Shown: positions 27,901 through 39,983 of the stretch, in pieces
How the letters are laid out: each line of letters opens with the position of its first letter
Position numbering within the stretch: the stretch's first letter is position 1
Notes under the pieces: generated by a model
Database searches by the model: none
Told to the model about the DNA's origin: nothing
Seen by the model: the letters and a program-made list of their open reading frames with translations, nothing else
Origin: Anaeramoeba ignava BMAN
Taxonomy: Eukaryota > Protista > Anaeramoebae
DNA: 64,000 nt
Direction: 5' to 3'
NCBI GenBank assembly: GCA_028826165.1
Contig: JAPDFW010000092.1
Span: forward strand, 310,001 to 374,000
Position numbers and translations under genes: made by a program

Positions 27901-30900
27901 AATAGGATTTATTACAAATATTTCGATGAGATTCAAGAAAATCTATCATAGTTTGTGTGAAAATGGGGATCTTTTGTTGAATATTTAAGCTTTGTTCTTC
28001 TGTAAATTGATAAATTCTTTGTATTTGTCCAGTAAATGCAAGATTGAGAAGAGAATCAACAATAATAACGAAGTTTGATTTATTTTCAATTATCTTAGTT
28101 TTATCAAGAGCTGCAATAAGTTCATATAATGGGCAATATTTCAGCATAGCTTCCTGATTAGTAATGTTACGATGTAAAAGAATAGCAAGAAAACGAAAAA
28201 TATTATCAACAAAAATCAAAAATGAAACTGAGGCATATTCAATTTCTTCGTATTCTCCAGAGCAAATTGAAGTGAATTTTTGCGTTGTTTCGATAAAAAC
28301 TTGGTGTAAATTTGAGAAGATGTTGTTTTCTCTGAAAATATTTTGAAATTGATGATCTGAAATGACAAATATCGAGAACAAAGAAAGTAAATCAATTTTG
28401 TTTTTCAAATCAATAACAAATAAATTGGGAAATGAATTTGATTTGGAGAAGTTTGATATCAAATCAGGAATTAATAAATTGAAGTATTCAGATTTAACAA
28501 GAACTAAATCAACAAAATTGAGGAAAATTTGATTTCTGAATTTGGGAATATCGAACAAATAAGAAATTTCATTAATTCCTTTTTTGCTTGTGAATGTAAT
28601 AATGTTTTCAGGGTTTATTTTGAGTACTAAATATAATAAACGAATTAATGTCTTTAGTAATAAAGAGCTTGTTTTTTTATCAATAATTTGATTTTTATTT
28701 TCAATTTGATTTTTATTTTGATTTTGATTTTGATTTTGATTTTGATTTTGAATTTGATTTTGATTTTGAATTTGATTTTGATTTTGAATTTGATTTTCAT
28801 TTTCAAATTGATTTTGATTTTGAATTTCATTTTCAAATTGATTTTGATTTTGATTTTGATTTTGATTTTGATTTTGATTTTGATTTTGATTTTGATTTTG
28901 ATTTTGATTTTGATTTTGATTTTGAATTTGATTTTCATTTTGATTTTGATTTTCAATTTGATTTTGATTTTGATTTTGATTTTGATTTTGATTTTGATTT
29001 TGATTTTGATTTTCAAATTGATTTTGATTTTCAAATTGATTTTCATTTTCAAATTGATTTTCATTTTCAAATTGATTTTCCATTTCATTTTCCATTTCAA
29101 TTTCAAATTGAATTTGATTTTCATTTTCAATTTCGAATTGATTTTCCATTTGATTTTTATTTTCAATTTCATTTTCAAATTGATTTTCATTTTCCATTTC
29201 ATTTTCCATTTCAATTTGATTTTGATTTTGATTTTGATTTTCATTTTGAATTTGAATTTGATTTTGATTTTCAAATTGATTTTCATTTTCAAATTGATTT
29301 TGATTTTGATTTTGATTTTCATTTTCAAATTGATTTTCATTTTGAATTTGATTTTGATTTTGAATTTGAATTTGATTTTGATTTTTATTTTGATTTTCAT
29401 TTTCAAATTGATTTTGATTTTCATCATCTTGAATTAATAAATTAGAAAAATCTTGAGTAAATTTATTCGTTTTACTTCTGAAAAAAGAAACAATTAATGA
29501 TCTTAATTTTTTAGATTCTGATGAAAGTCTTGAAACAATAAAATTGACAACACCACCAATTCTTAAATACTCTTCGAATCGACGATTTAAAGAAATAATT
29601 TTAGCAATGTGCAAAGAAATTTGAACACTTACAGATTCATCGTGTTTTGGAGATAAAAGTCTGCAATAAGGCTTTAGAGTAAATGAACTATTATCAAGAA
29701 GAACCAAGAATTTGATGAAATCCAATATTTTTTCTTGAATTGATTTTTTGTGATTTTCAAAATCATAGCAAATGAACTCAACAATATTCAATTTGAGCTC
29801 TTTTAATAAATCTAAATTGTATTCTTGAATATGATCAATCAAGACAAATATTTTGTCTTCAATATTCCAGGAAATTGAGTAATTTTTGAAAATATGGAAG
29901 AGAGTTTTGACAGAATAAAGATATTGGAAATTTGCCTCTTTACTTAAGTCATTCAATATTGTTTGTTTTGGCAAACTGGGGAAATCAAAGAAATTAGATT
30001 GTCGATATAATTTAGATAAATCGACAGCAATATTTAGCAATTCAAACATTGAATCATCCCTTTTTGTTTGATGGAAAAGAATGATACTCGAAGCTAGGAT
30101 TGAATATCCATGATTTTTTCTGAAAGAATCAACTATTTCATTGAAGGATGAGTTCAAACATTGTTGGAAAACAAAGAGAAACAATTTGAAAATATTGATT
30201 ATTATGATTGATTTTGATTCAATTTTAAAAATTGAGGACAAAAGAAGATGAACAATAGAATTAATTGAGGAAATGCTGTTTTTGTTGTTGATTTTGCTGT
30301 TGATCTTTGTGAAGATTTGGTAATTGAGAAAAATTGCTTTTAAAATCCTTAGCATTTGAGCTGAAACATCAAAAGAGGATTGGGAAGATATGATCAAATG
30401 GAAAATGATTGAGATTTGCGGTTCTTGAAGGAATTCTTGGAGATGATAATCAATTTTTGTTAAATTTTCCAAAATCAAAAGAGAAAGAAGAAAAAAAGAG
30501 TGATTTGATAAATTTTGAGAATTGATTTGAGATTGGAAATTATCATTATTATAATTAAGAAAATTTTCTTGTTGGAATAAAATAGATCGAGAAGGAGAAA
30601 AATCTGAAAAAAGAACTAATGAAGAGAATATAATCTGGATTAAACCTTTGAAAACAAAGTTGTGTTTTGAAGTAAATTGATAAATAATTTCCATGATTTC
30701 TAAATTTGATTGATTTTGAATAAAATTAAGAAAAGGGGATTTTGATTGGGAAACTGATTTTAAAGATTTTTGAAATTCTAATAACAAATAATTCATCATT
30801 TGATTGAAAAAATTTTGGATAAAAGGAAATTGTAAAGGAATTGATTGAATGCTTGTTTTTTTCATTAATGAATAAAAGGAATGAATGAATTTTTTCATGT

Positions 30901-31033
30901 GATTATTTTTTTCTTGAGGATTTCTTTGTTTTTGAGTGATTAGCCATAAGAAATGAATTTGAATTTTTTCTTTATTCTTTTTAATGTTTTGATCTCTTTT
31001 TTCCTTTTTAATTTTTTTGTATTTTCGGTTCAT
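18970..31033 (-). CDS. Giant BEACH-domain protein (ARM-like, ConA-like lectin, PH-BEACH, BEACH, WD40; LYST/Lvs-like), ~4000 aa, apparently intronless, three frameshifts
   Basis: ORFs 31033-27650, 27801-27376, 27332-19947 and 19761-18970 join through shifts at ~27750, ~27395 and ~20548, all in repeats or A-runs. BEACH motifs [50 protein letters not shown] and NFGQTP; PH motif [14 protein letters not shown]; WD40 motif LFGHTDSI...[12 protein letters not shown]. Confidence 0.85.
19952..21300. repeat. Coding (AATCAA/AATGAA)n microsatellite = NQ/NE tract between BEACH and WD40
   Basis: About 1.35 kb of hexamer repeat with no splice donor seen; coding sequence is in frame on both flanks after a 2-nt correction. 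Confidence 0.8.
28690..29425. repeat. Coding NQ/NE microsatellite in the BEACH N-terminal region
   Basis: In-frame hexamer repeat inside ORF 31033-27650. Confidence 0.85.
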
Positions 31034-31304
31034 TTTTAATTTAAGAATTTTTTTTTTTTTTTTTGATTGATTTATTTATTTCGAAGTTTTTGAAATTATA
31101 AATTTTCAATTATAAATGAGAATTTAAAAGTAAGAAAGAAATAAAGATAGATAAAACAAAATACTAAGAAAAAATGAAAAGAAAAAATGATCTTTTTTTT
31201 TTTTAAATTAAAATGATTTTTTAATTATTGAAGAACCCCTTTATTTATTAATTATTTTTTAATTTAATTTTTTTTTTATAACAGTTGGAATCTACTAAAA
31301 AATT

Positions 31305-32590
31305 TTTTTTTATTTTTTTGACTCATCAATTTAATTAAAAATTTAATTAAAAAATTTGATTAAAAAATTTAATAAATGTTAGTTTTATATTTTTGTGAAA
31401 TATAATTTCTTGCTTCTGTTTCAATTTTTTCTAAACTATTAAATTGTTTTTTCTTTTTTTGTGGAAATGGTTTATGAAAAAATATTTCTCTTGATAGAGT
31501 AACTCTTGAAAAGAAAGTTCCTGAATAATTTCTAATTTTACAAATTAGAATACAATATTTAATTTTGGATTGATTTAATTTTTATTTAATATTGATTTAA
31601 TATTGATTTAATTTTGATTTAATTTTGATTTAATTTTGATTTAATTTTGATTTAATATTGATTTAATTTTGATTTAATATTGATTTAATTTTGATTTAAT
31701 TTTGATTTAATTTTAATTTAATTTTGATTTAATTTTAATTTAATTTTGATTTAATTTTAATTTAATTTTGATTTAATTTTAATTTAATATTGATTTAAAT
31801 TTTGATTTAATTTTGATTTAATTTTAATTTAATTTTGATTTAATTTTGATTTGATATTGATTTAATTTTAATTTAATTTTGATTTAATTTTGATTTAATT
31901 TTGATTTAATTTTGATTTAATTTTGATTTAATTTTGATTTAAATTTAATTTAATTTTGATTTAATTTTGATTTAATTTTGATTTAATATTGATTTAATTT
32001 TAATTTAATATTGATTTAATTTTGATTTAATATTGATTTAATTTTGATTTAATTTTGATTTAATTTTGATTTAATTTTGATTTAATTTTAATTTAATTTT
32101 GATTTAATTTTGATTTAATATTGATTTAATTTTAATTTAATTTTGATTTAATTTTGATTTAATTTTGATTTAATTTTGATTTAATTTTGATTTAATTTTG
32201 ATTTAATTTTGATTTAATTTTGATTTAATTTTGATTTAATATTGATTTAATATTGATTTAATTTTGATTTAATTTTGATTTAATATTGATTTAATATTGA
32301 TTTAATTTTGATTTAATTTTGATTTAATTTTGATTTAATTTTGATTTAATTTTGATTTAATTTTAATTTAATTTTAATTTAATTTTAATTTAATTTAAAT
32401 TTAATTTTGATTTAATTTTGATTTAATTTTGATTTAATATTGATTTAATTTTGATTTAATTTTGATTTAATTTTAATTTAATTTTGATTTAATTTTAATT
32501 TAATTTTGATTTAATATTGATTTAATTTTGATTTAATTTTGATTTAATTTTCATTTTCATTTTCATTTTCATTTTCATTTTCATTTTGAT
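31305..32590 (-). repeat. Direct repeat R3: orphan copy of HPS4 last-intron 11-mer microsatellite + last exon (31531-31369) + 3'UTR
   Basis: Near-identical to 39921-40410. Homology stops at ~31305, where unique BEACH upstream sequence begins. Confidence 0.9.
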
Positions 32591-32630
32591 TTTATTTTCA
32601 AATTTGAATTCAATTTGTTTGGTTGTTTTG

Positions 32631-35600
32631 CTATTTTTCTATCAAATTTTCATAACAGGATAGCCAGTCAACCGGATTTATTTTCTTTAATTCTTCATAA
32701 TTAACCAAAATAACTGGATCTTCTGCAAATTGAGAAGATTTCAGAAAATGTGAGCTAGAAGAGATGTAAACATAATATTGATTGGATGGAAGAATATATG
32801 TTTCCTTTCGAGTTTTTTGCTTGTTTTCTTCTTTTTCTTTGTTTTCTTTGTTTTCTTCGTTTTGAGAAGTTTTCTTATTTTTTGATTTTTGAATCTTTTT
32901 TTTTGATATATTTTGTATCAACTGTAAAGTCTTTTCATCTAAAGTTATTCCTGATAATTTTGAATAATATTCTAAAACTGAAGTTGTTTCTTCTTTATTT
33001 GGTTTAAAATTTCTTTTGAATAAACCATCAACTTTTGGTTTATTTTGAGAATAATCTAATGTTGAAACTTGAAAGTAAAAGAGTTGTTTTTCGTTTTTCT
33101 TATTTTCAGATAAACAAACGAAATCAACAACAGAATGATCTTGGAAACACACAATCAAATCTCCGATTGAAATATGTTCCAATTTATTTTTCCTCTCTTG
33201 GTGAATGATATTTTTTATCTGAATTTCAAATAATTTGGGTTTTTTTTGATTTTCTCCTTTCAAATTTATATTTGATAATTTAAGAGAGGAATTCAAAAAA
33301 TATTTAAATCCATTCAAAACAAATAATTCTAATGCTCTCCATTTATCTCCGATTTGACATAATAAATTGATATAAGTTACTCCTTCATTTTTGAAAATTT
33401 CAAGAATTGCTTCTTTTACCCATGCACAAATTGGAACAATTTCCTTTTCTAATGATCTTACAAGGTTTCTTTGATTAATCTTCCTTTTTTCATTTTCATT
33501 TTCTTGATCATTGAAGTGACTTGATTCAAAGATTTGAGTTTCAAATAAACCCGATAATTCCCAAAAGTTAGGCAAAGAAGTAATATTTTGATTTAGGCAA
33601 ATAAGAGTTGGAAATTCAATCTCTTGTCTGATAGTTTGAGGATTCTTGAATTCTTGGATTTTATCCAGAACATAATTAACTCTTTGTTTATAATATTCAA
33701 TAGAATCTACAATACATTCACTTTCAAATTGAAGTTGAGGAAATAATTTTTTTTTCCTGTTTCGATAAGTTGTTGTTATAATATCTAATACTCTTGGAAC
33801 TTTGTTTGTAAACTGTTCCCAATAATCTATTTTTGCATCTTCTGGAATTTTTCTTTCTTTTCTTTTCCATTCGAAAATTGATTCAAATTCTAATTCACTA
33901 AAAAAAGTTGGTTTCACTCCAAATTCCTGAAAATTAATATTCGTAAGCTTACTCTGATTAAAACTTGAGCTCACAGCTGTTATTATCAACCCACTTCTAA
34001 TTTTTGGTAAATTCATGAAAATATTTAAAATATGTTTTCTCTTTTTAAATTGTTCTCTATAAAGAACATTATATTCATCAATTGCAATCAGAACTTTAAA
34101 TTCTTCGACATCTAATTTAAAAAAGTTTCGGAAAAAATTTTCGCAATCCTGAACCATTAGTTTTTTATCTTTTCGAGTAATTTTTTTTTTATTCCATAAT
34201 TTATCATCATAATCAAATCCACATTTTTGAAATAATTTTGTTCCATATCTTACAAAAAGATCTTTCATTATGTCTTGAGCAACAGAATAACTTTCAGAAT
34301 CTCTTAAACTAAATAAATCAGTCAAATAAATAACAACCCATTTTTGATTTTCATTTGAATTTTCATTTTCATTTGAATTTTCATTTTCATTTGAATTTTC
34401 ATTTTCATTTGAATTTTCATTTTCATTTGAATTTTCATTTGAATTTTGTTGATTGGATTCTTTCTTTTGTTGAACTTTCCATGGCTTTCAATTTGATTTT
34501 AAATGATTTTTCAATTTCCAAACATTGAATATAAATATAAATATAAATATAAATATCAATATAAATATAAATATAAATTTAAATTTAAATATAAATTTAA
34601 ATATAAATATAAATATAAATATCAATATAAATATCAATATAAATATCAATATCAATATAAATATAAATATAAATATAAATATAAATATAAATATAAATAT
34701 AAATATAAATTTAAATATAAATATAAATATAAATATAAATATAAATATAAATATAAATATAAATATAAATATAAATATAATTATAAATATAAAATATAAA
34801 TATAAATATAAAATATAAATATAAATATAAATATAACAAATAAAATTATAAATATAATAAATATAAAATATAAAATATCAAAATATAAATATAATATAAA
34901 TATAAATATAAATATAAATATAAATCTAAATATAAATATAAATATAAATATAAAATATAAATATAAATTTAAATATAAATATAAATATAAATATAAATAT
35001 AAATATAAATATCAATATAAATATAAATATAATTATAAATATAAATATAAATATAAATATAAATTTATAAATTTAAATATAAATATAAATATAAATATAA
35101 ATATAAATATATAAATATCAATATCAATATAAATATAAATATCAATATCAATATATCAATATCAATATAAATATAAAATATAAATATAAATATAAATATA
35201 AATATAAATATAAATATCATTTTTAAATATTTATTTTTGGATTGAAAATTTATACATTAAAAAATAAGAGAAATAAAGCAAGATGAAAAAGAGTGTAAGA
35301 TTTCCTGTTCCATTTCCTCCATATAAAATGATATTTTTCTGTGGATCCTTCCTCGATTTGTTTCATCAAAAGATTGTGTTTGTTCTCGTATCAAAATTGG
35401 AGATAAATTTCCAAGTTTTTGTTTTCAATTTCCACTAGAGAAAAAGGAAAATATTGCAAGATATTCCTCAATTTTTATTGCAATTTTCTAGTTTTGAATG
35501 TTCTTGAATTGGAATTGTTTGCAAGTTCTTTTTCAAGTTTTTCAAGTTCTTTTTGAATTTCTTTTTCAAGATCTTTTTCTTGTTGATGTTTAAGTAATTG

Positions 35601-35642
35601 TTCAACAAAAATTTTTGTTTTTCTTGAAGAGATTTTTGACAT
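32631..35642 (-). CDS. Crinkler/RHS-type P-loop NTPase + PD-(D/E)xK REase-fold protein, copy B (exon 1 frameshifted in this sequence)
   Basis: Exons 35642-35256 (many homopolymer indels versus copy A) and 34484-32631 (intact; 4 aa differences from copy A in the 564-aa ORF). Confidence 0.65.
34485..35255. repeat. Intronic (AAATAT)n microsatellite
   Basis: Hexamer repeat in the copy B intron. Confidence 0.9.
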
Positions 35643-35911
35643 TTAAAAATAAAAATAAAAATGAAAAATTTTTAATCAAAAATCTTTTTAAATTGTTTTC
35701 ATTAACGATTAGTTTATAAGTTAATATTTTCTTTTCAAATTGATTTAAAAATCATTCAATAATCAATTAAATTTTTCTCATTTTTGTTCCACTTTTTAGT
35801 TTTTCTCAAAAATTATTTCTTAATTGAAATAAAGAAAATATTAATTTAGAATAACTAAAAATGATTAAATTATAATTTATAAATTAATTCAAATTAATTG
35901 ATTTTTTTGTT

Positions 35912-36960
35912 AATTTTTATTTTTTTGACTCATCAATTTAATTAAAATTTTAATTAAAAATTTGATTAAAAAATTTAATAAATGTTAGTTTTATATTTTT
36001 GTGAAATATAATTTCTTGCTTCTGTTTCAATTTTTTCTAAACTATTAAATTGTTTTTTCTTTTTTTGTGGAAATGGTTTATGAAAAAATATTTCTCTTGA
36101 TGGAGTAACTCTTGAAAAGAAAGTTCCTGAATAATTTCTAATTTTACAAATTAGAATACAATATTTAATTTTGGATTTATTTAATTTTGATTTAATTTTA
36201 ATTTAATTTTGATTTAATTTTGATTTAATTTTGATTTAATATTGATTTAATTTTGATTTAATATTGATTTAATTTTGATTTAATATTGATTTAAATTTTG
36301 ATTTAATTTTGATTTAATATTGATTTAATATTGATTTAATTTTGATTTAATTTTGATTTAATTTTGATTTAATTTTGATTTAATATTGATTTAAATTTTG
36401 ATTTAATTTTGATTTTATTTTGATTTAATTTTGATTTAATATTGATTTAATTTTGATTTAATTTTGATTTAATTTTGATTTAATTTTGATTTAATTTTGA
36501 TTTAATTTTGATTTAATTTTAATTTAATTTTGATTTAATTTTGATTTAATTTTAATTTAATTTTAATTTAATTTTGATTTAATTTTAATTTAATTTTGAT
36601 TTAATTTTGATTTAATATTGATTTAATTTTGATTTAATTTTGATTTAATATTAATTTAATTTTGATTTAATTTTAATATTGATTTTAATTTAATTTTGAT
36701 TTAATTTTGATTTAATATTGATTTAATTTTGATTTAATTTTGATTTAATTTTAATTTAATATTGATTTAATTTTAATTTAATATTGATTTAATTTTGATT
36801 TAATTTTGATTTAATTTTGATTTAATTTTGATTTAATTTTAATTTAATTTTGATTTAATTTTGATTTAATATTAATTTAATTTTGATTTAATTTTGATTT
36901 AATTTTGATTTAATTTTGATTTAATTTTCATTTAATTTTGATTTAATTTTGATTTTGATT
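35912..36960 (-). repeat. Direct repeat R2: orphan copy of HPS4 last-intron microsatellite + last exon (36137-35975) + 3'UTR
   Basis: Near-identical to 39921-40410 and 31305-32590. Confidence 0.9.
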
Positions 36961-36999
36961 TTATTTTCAAATTTGAATTCAATTTGTTTGGTTGTTTTG

Positions 37000-39632
37000 T
37001 TATTTTTCTATCAAATTTTCATAACAGGATAACCACTCAACCGGATTTATTTTCTTTAATTCTTCATAATTAACCAAAATAACTGGATCTTCTGCAAATT
37101 GAGAAGATTTCAGAAAATGTGAGCTAGAAGAGATGTAAACATAATATTGATTGGATGGAAGAATATATGTTTCCTTTCGAGTTTTTTGCTTGTTTTCTTC
37201 TTTTTCTTTGTTTTCTTTGTTTTCTTCGTTTTGAGAAGTTTTCTTATTTGTTGATTTTTGAATCTTTTTTTTTGATATATTTTGTATCAACTGTAAAGTC
37301 TTTTCATCTAAAGTTATTCCTGATAATTTTGAATAATATTCTAAAACTGAAGTTGTTTCTTCTTTATTTGGTTTAAAATTTCTTTTGAATAAACCATCAA
37401 CTCTTGGTTTATTTTGAGAATAATCTAATGTTGAAACTTGAAAGTAAAAGAGTTGTTTTTCATTTTTCTTATTTTCAGATAAACAAACGAAATCAACAAC
37501 AGAATGATCTTGGAAACACACAATCAAATCTCCGATTGAAATATGTTCCAATTTATTTTTCCTCTCTTGGTGAATGATATTTTTTATCTGAATTTCAAAT
37601 AATTTGGGTTTTTTTTGATTTTCTCCTTTCAAATTGATATTTGATAATTTAAGAGAGGAATTCAAAAAATATTCAAATCCATTCAAAACAAATAATTCTA
37701 ATGCTCTCCATTTATCTCCGATTTGACATAATAAATTGATATAAGTTACTCCTTCATTTTTGAAAATTTCAAGAATTGCTTCTTTTACCCATGCACAAAT
37801 TGGAACAATTTCCTTTTCTAATGATCTTACAAGGTTTCTTTGATTAATCTTCCTTTTTTCATTTTCATTTTCTTGATCATTGAAGTGACTTGATTCAAAG
37901 ATTTGAGTTTCAAATAAACCTGATAATTCCCAAAAGTTAGGCAAAGAAGTAATATTTTGATTTAGGCAAATAAGAGTTGGAAATTCAATCTCTTGTCTGA
38001 TAGTTTGAGGATTCTTGAATTCTTGGATTTTATCCAGAACATAATTAACTCTTTGTTTATAATATTCAATAGAATCTACAATACATTCACTTTCAAATTG
38101 AAGTTGAGGAAATAATTTTTTTTTCCTGTTTCGGTAAGTTGTTGTTATAATATCTAATACTCTTGGAACTTTGTTTGTAAACTGTTCCCAATAATCTATT
38201 TTTGCATCTTCTGGAATTTTTCTTTCTTTTCTTTTCCATTCGAAAATTGATTCAAATTCTAATTCACTAAAAAAAGTTGGTTTCACTCCAAATTCCTGAA
38301 AATTAATATTCGTAAGCTTACTCTGATTAAAACTTGAGCTCACAGCTGTTATTATCAATCCACTTCTAATTTTTGGTAAATTCATGAAAATATTTAAAAT
38401 ATGTTTTCTCTTTTTAAATTGTTCTCTATAAAGAACATTATATTCATCAATTGCAATCAAAACTTTAAATTCTTCAACATCTAATTTAAAAAAGTTTCGG
38501 AAAAAATTTTCGCAATCCTGAACCATTAGTTTTTTATCTTTTCGAGTAATTTTTTTTTTATTCCATAATTTATCATCATAATCAAATCCACATTTTTGAA
38601 ATAATTTTGTTCCATATCTTACAAAAAGATCTTTCATTATGTCTTGAGCAACAGAATAACTTTCAGAATCTCTTAAACTAAATAAATCAGTCAAATAAAT
38701 AACAACCCATTTTTGATTTTCATTTGAATTTTCATTTTCATTTGAATTTTCATTTTCATTTGAATTCTCATTTGAATTTTCATTTGAATTTTCATTTGAA
38801 TTTTCATTTGAATTTTGTCGATTAGATTCTTTCTTTTGTTGAACTTTCCATGGCTTTCAATTTGATTTTAAATGATTTTTCAATTTCCAAACATTGAATA
38901 TAAATATAAATATAAATATAAATATCAATATAAATATAAATATAAATTTAAATTTAAATATAAATTTAAATATAAATATAAATATAAATATCAATATAAA
39001 TATCAATATAAATATAAATATAAATATAAATATAAATATAAATATAAATATAAATATAAATTTAAATATAAATATAAATATAAATATAAATATCAATATA
39101 AATATAAATATAAATATAAATATAAATATAAATATAATTATAAATATAAATATAAATATAAATATAAATATAAATATAAATATAAATATAAATATAAATA
39201 TCATTTTAAATATTTATTTTTGGATTGAAAAATTTATACATTAAAATAAGAGAAATAAGAAGCAAGATGAAAAAGAGTGTAAGATTTCCCTGTTCCATTT
39301 CCTCCATATAAAATGATATTTTCTGTGGATCCTTCCTCGATTTGTTTCATCAAAGATTGTGTTTGTTCTCGTATCAAAATTGGAGATAAATTTCCAAGTT
39401 TTTGTTTTCGAATTTCCACTAGAGAAAAAGGAAAAATATTGCAAGATATTCCTCCAATTTTATTGCAATTTTCTAGTTTTGAATGTTCTTGAATTGGAAT
39501 TGTTGCAAGTTCTTTTTCAAGTTTTTTTTCAAGTTCTTTTTGAATTTCTTTTTCAAGATCTTTTTCTTGTTGATGTTTAAGTAATTGTTCAACAAAAATT
39601 TTTTGTTTTTCTTGAAGAGATTTTTTTGACAT
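37000..39632 (-). CDS. Crinkler/RHS-type P-loop NTPase + PD-(D/E)xK REase-fold protein, copy A (748 aa)
   Basis: Exons 39632-39240 and 38853-37000 with a phase-0 GT-AG intron. Walker [13 protein letters not shown], Walker [10 protein letters not shown], sensor-like FTNKVPR; REase-like motifs WRALE, HSVVDFV and LFYFQVS. Confidence 0.75.
38854..39239. repeat. Intronic (AAATAT)n microsatellite
   Basis: Hexamer repeat in the copy A intron. Confidence 0.9.
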
Positions 39633-39983
39633 TTAAAAAATTAAAAAATAAAAAAAAAATGAAAAATTTTTAATCAAAAAAAAAAATCTTTTTAAATTGT
39701 TTTCATCAACGATTAGTTTATAAGTTAATATTTTCTTTTCAAATTGATTTAAAAATCATTCAATAATCAATTAAATTTTTCTCATTTTTTGTTCCACTTT
39801 TTAGTTTTTTTTTTTCTCAAAATTATTTCTTAATTGAAATAAGAAAATATTAATTTAGAATAACTAAAAATGATTAAATTATAATTTATAAATTAATTCA
39901 AATTAATTGATTTTTTTGTTAATTTTTATTTTTTTGACTCATCAATTTAATTAAAATTTTAATTAAAAATTTGATTAAAAAAT

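Noticed and set aside
31560-32590. Interstitial telomeric repeat
   Set aside because: The 11-mer TTTTGATTTAA lacks a G-run and is traceable to the HPS4 last intron.
32600-35911. Terminal inverted repeats of the cassette (AATTTGAATT near both ends)
   Set aside because: A 10-bp match in extremely AT-rich DNA is not significant.
37000-39632. Mitoribosomal DAP3/MRPS29 (similar Walker A/B context)
   Set aside because: It has an extra ~270-aa REase-like C-terminus, no targeting peptide and a recent duplication.
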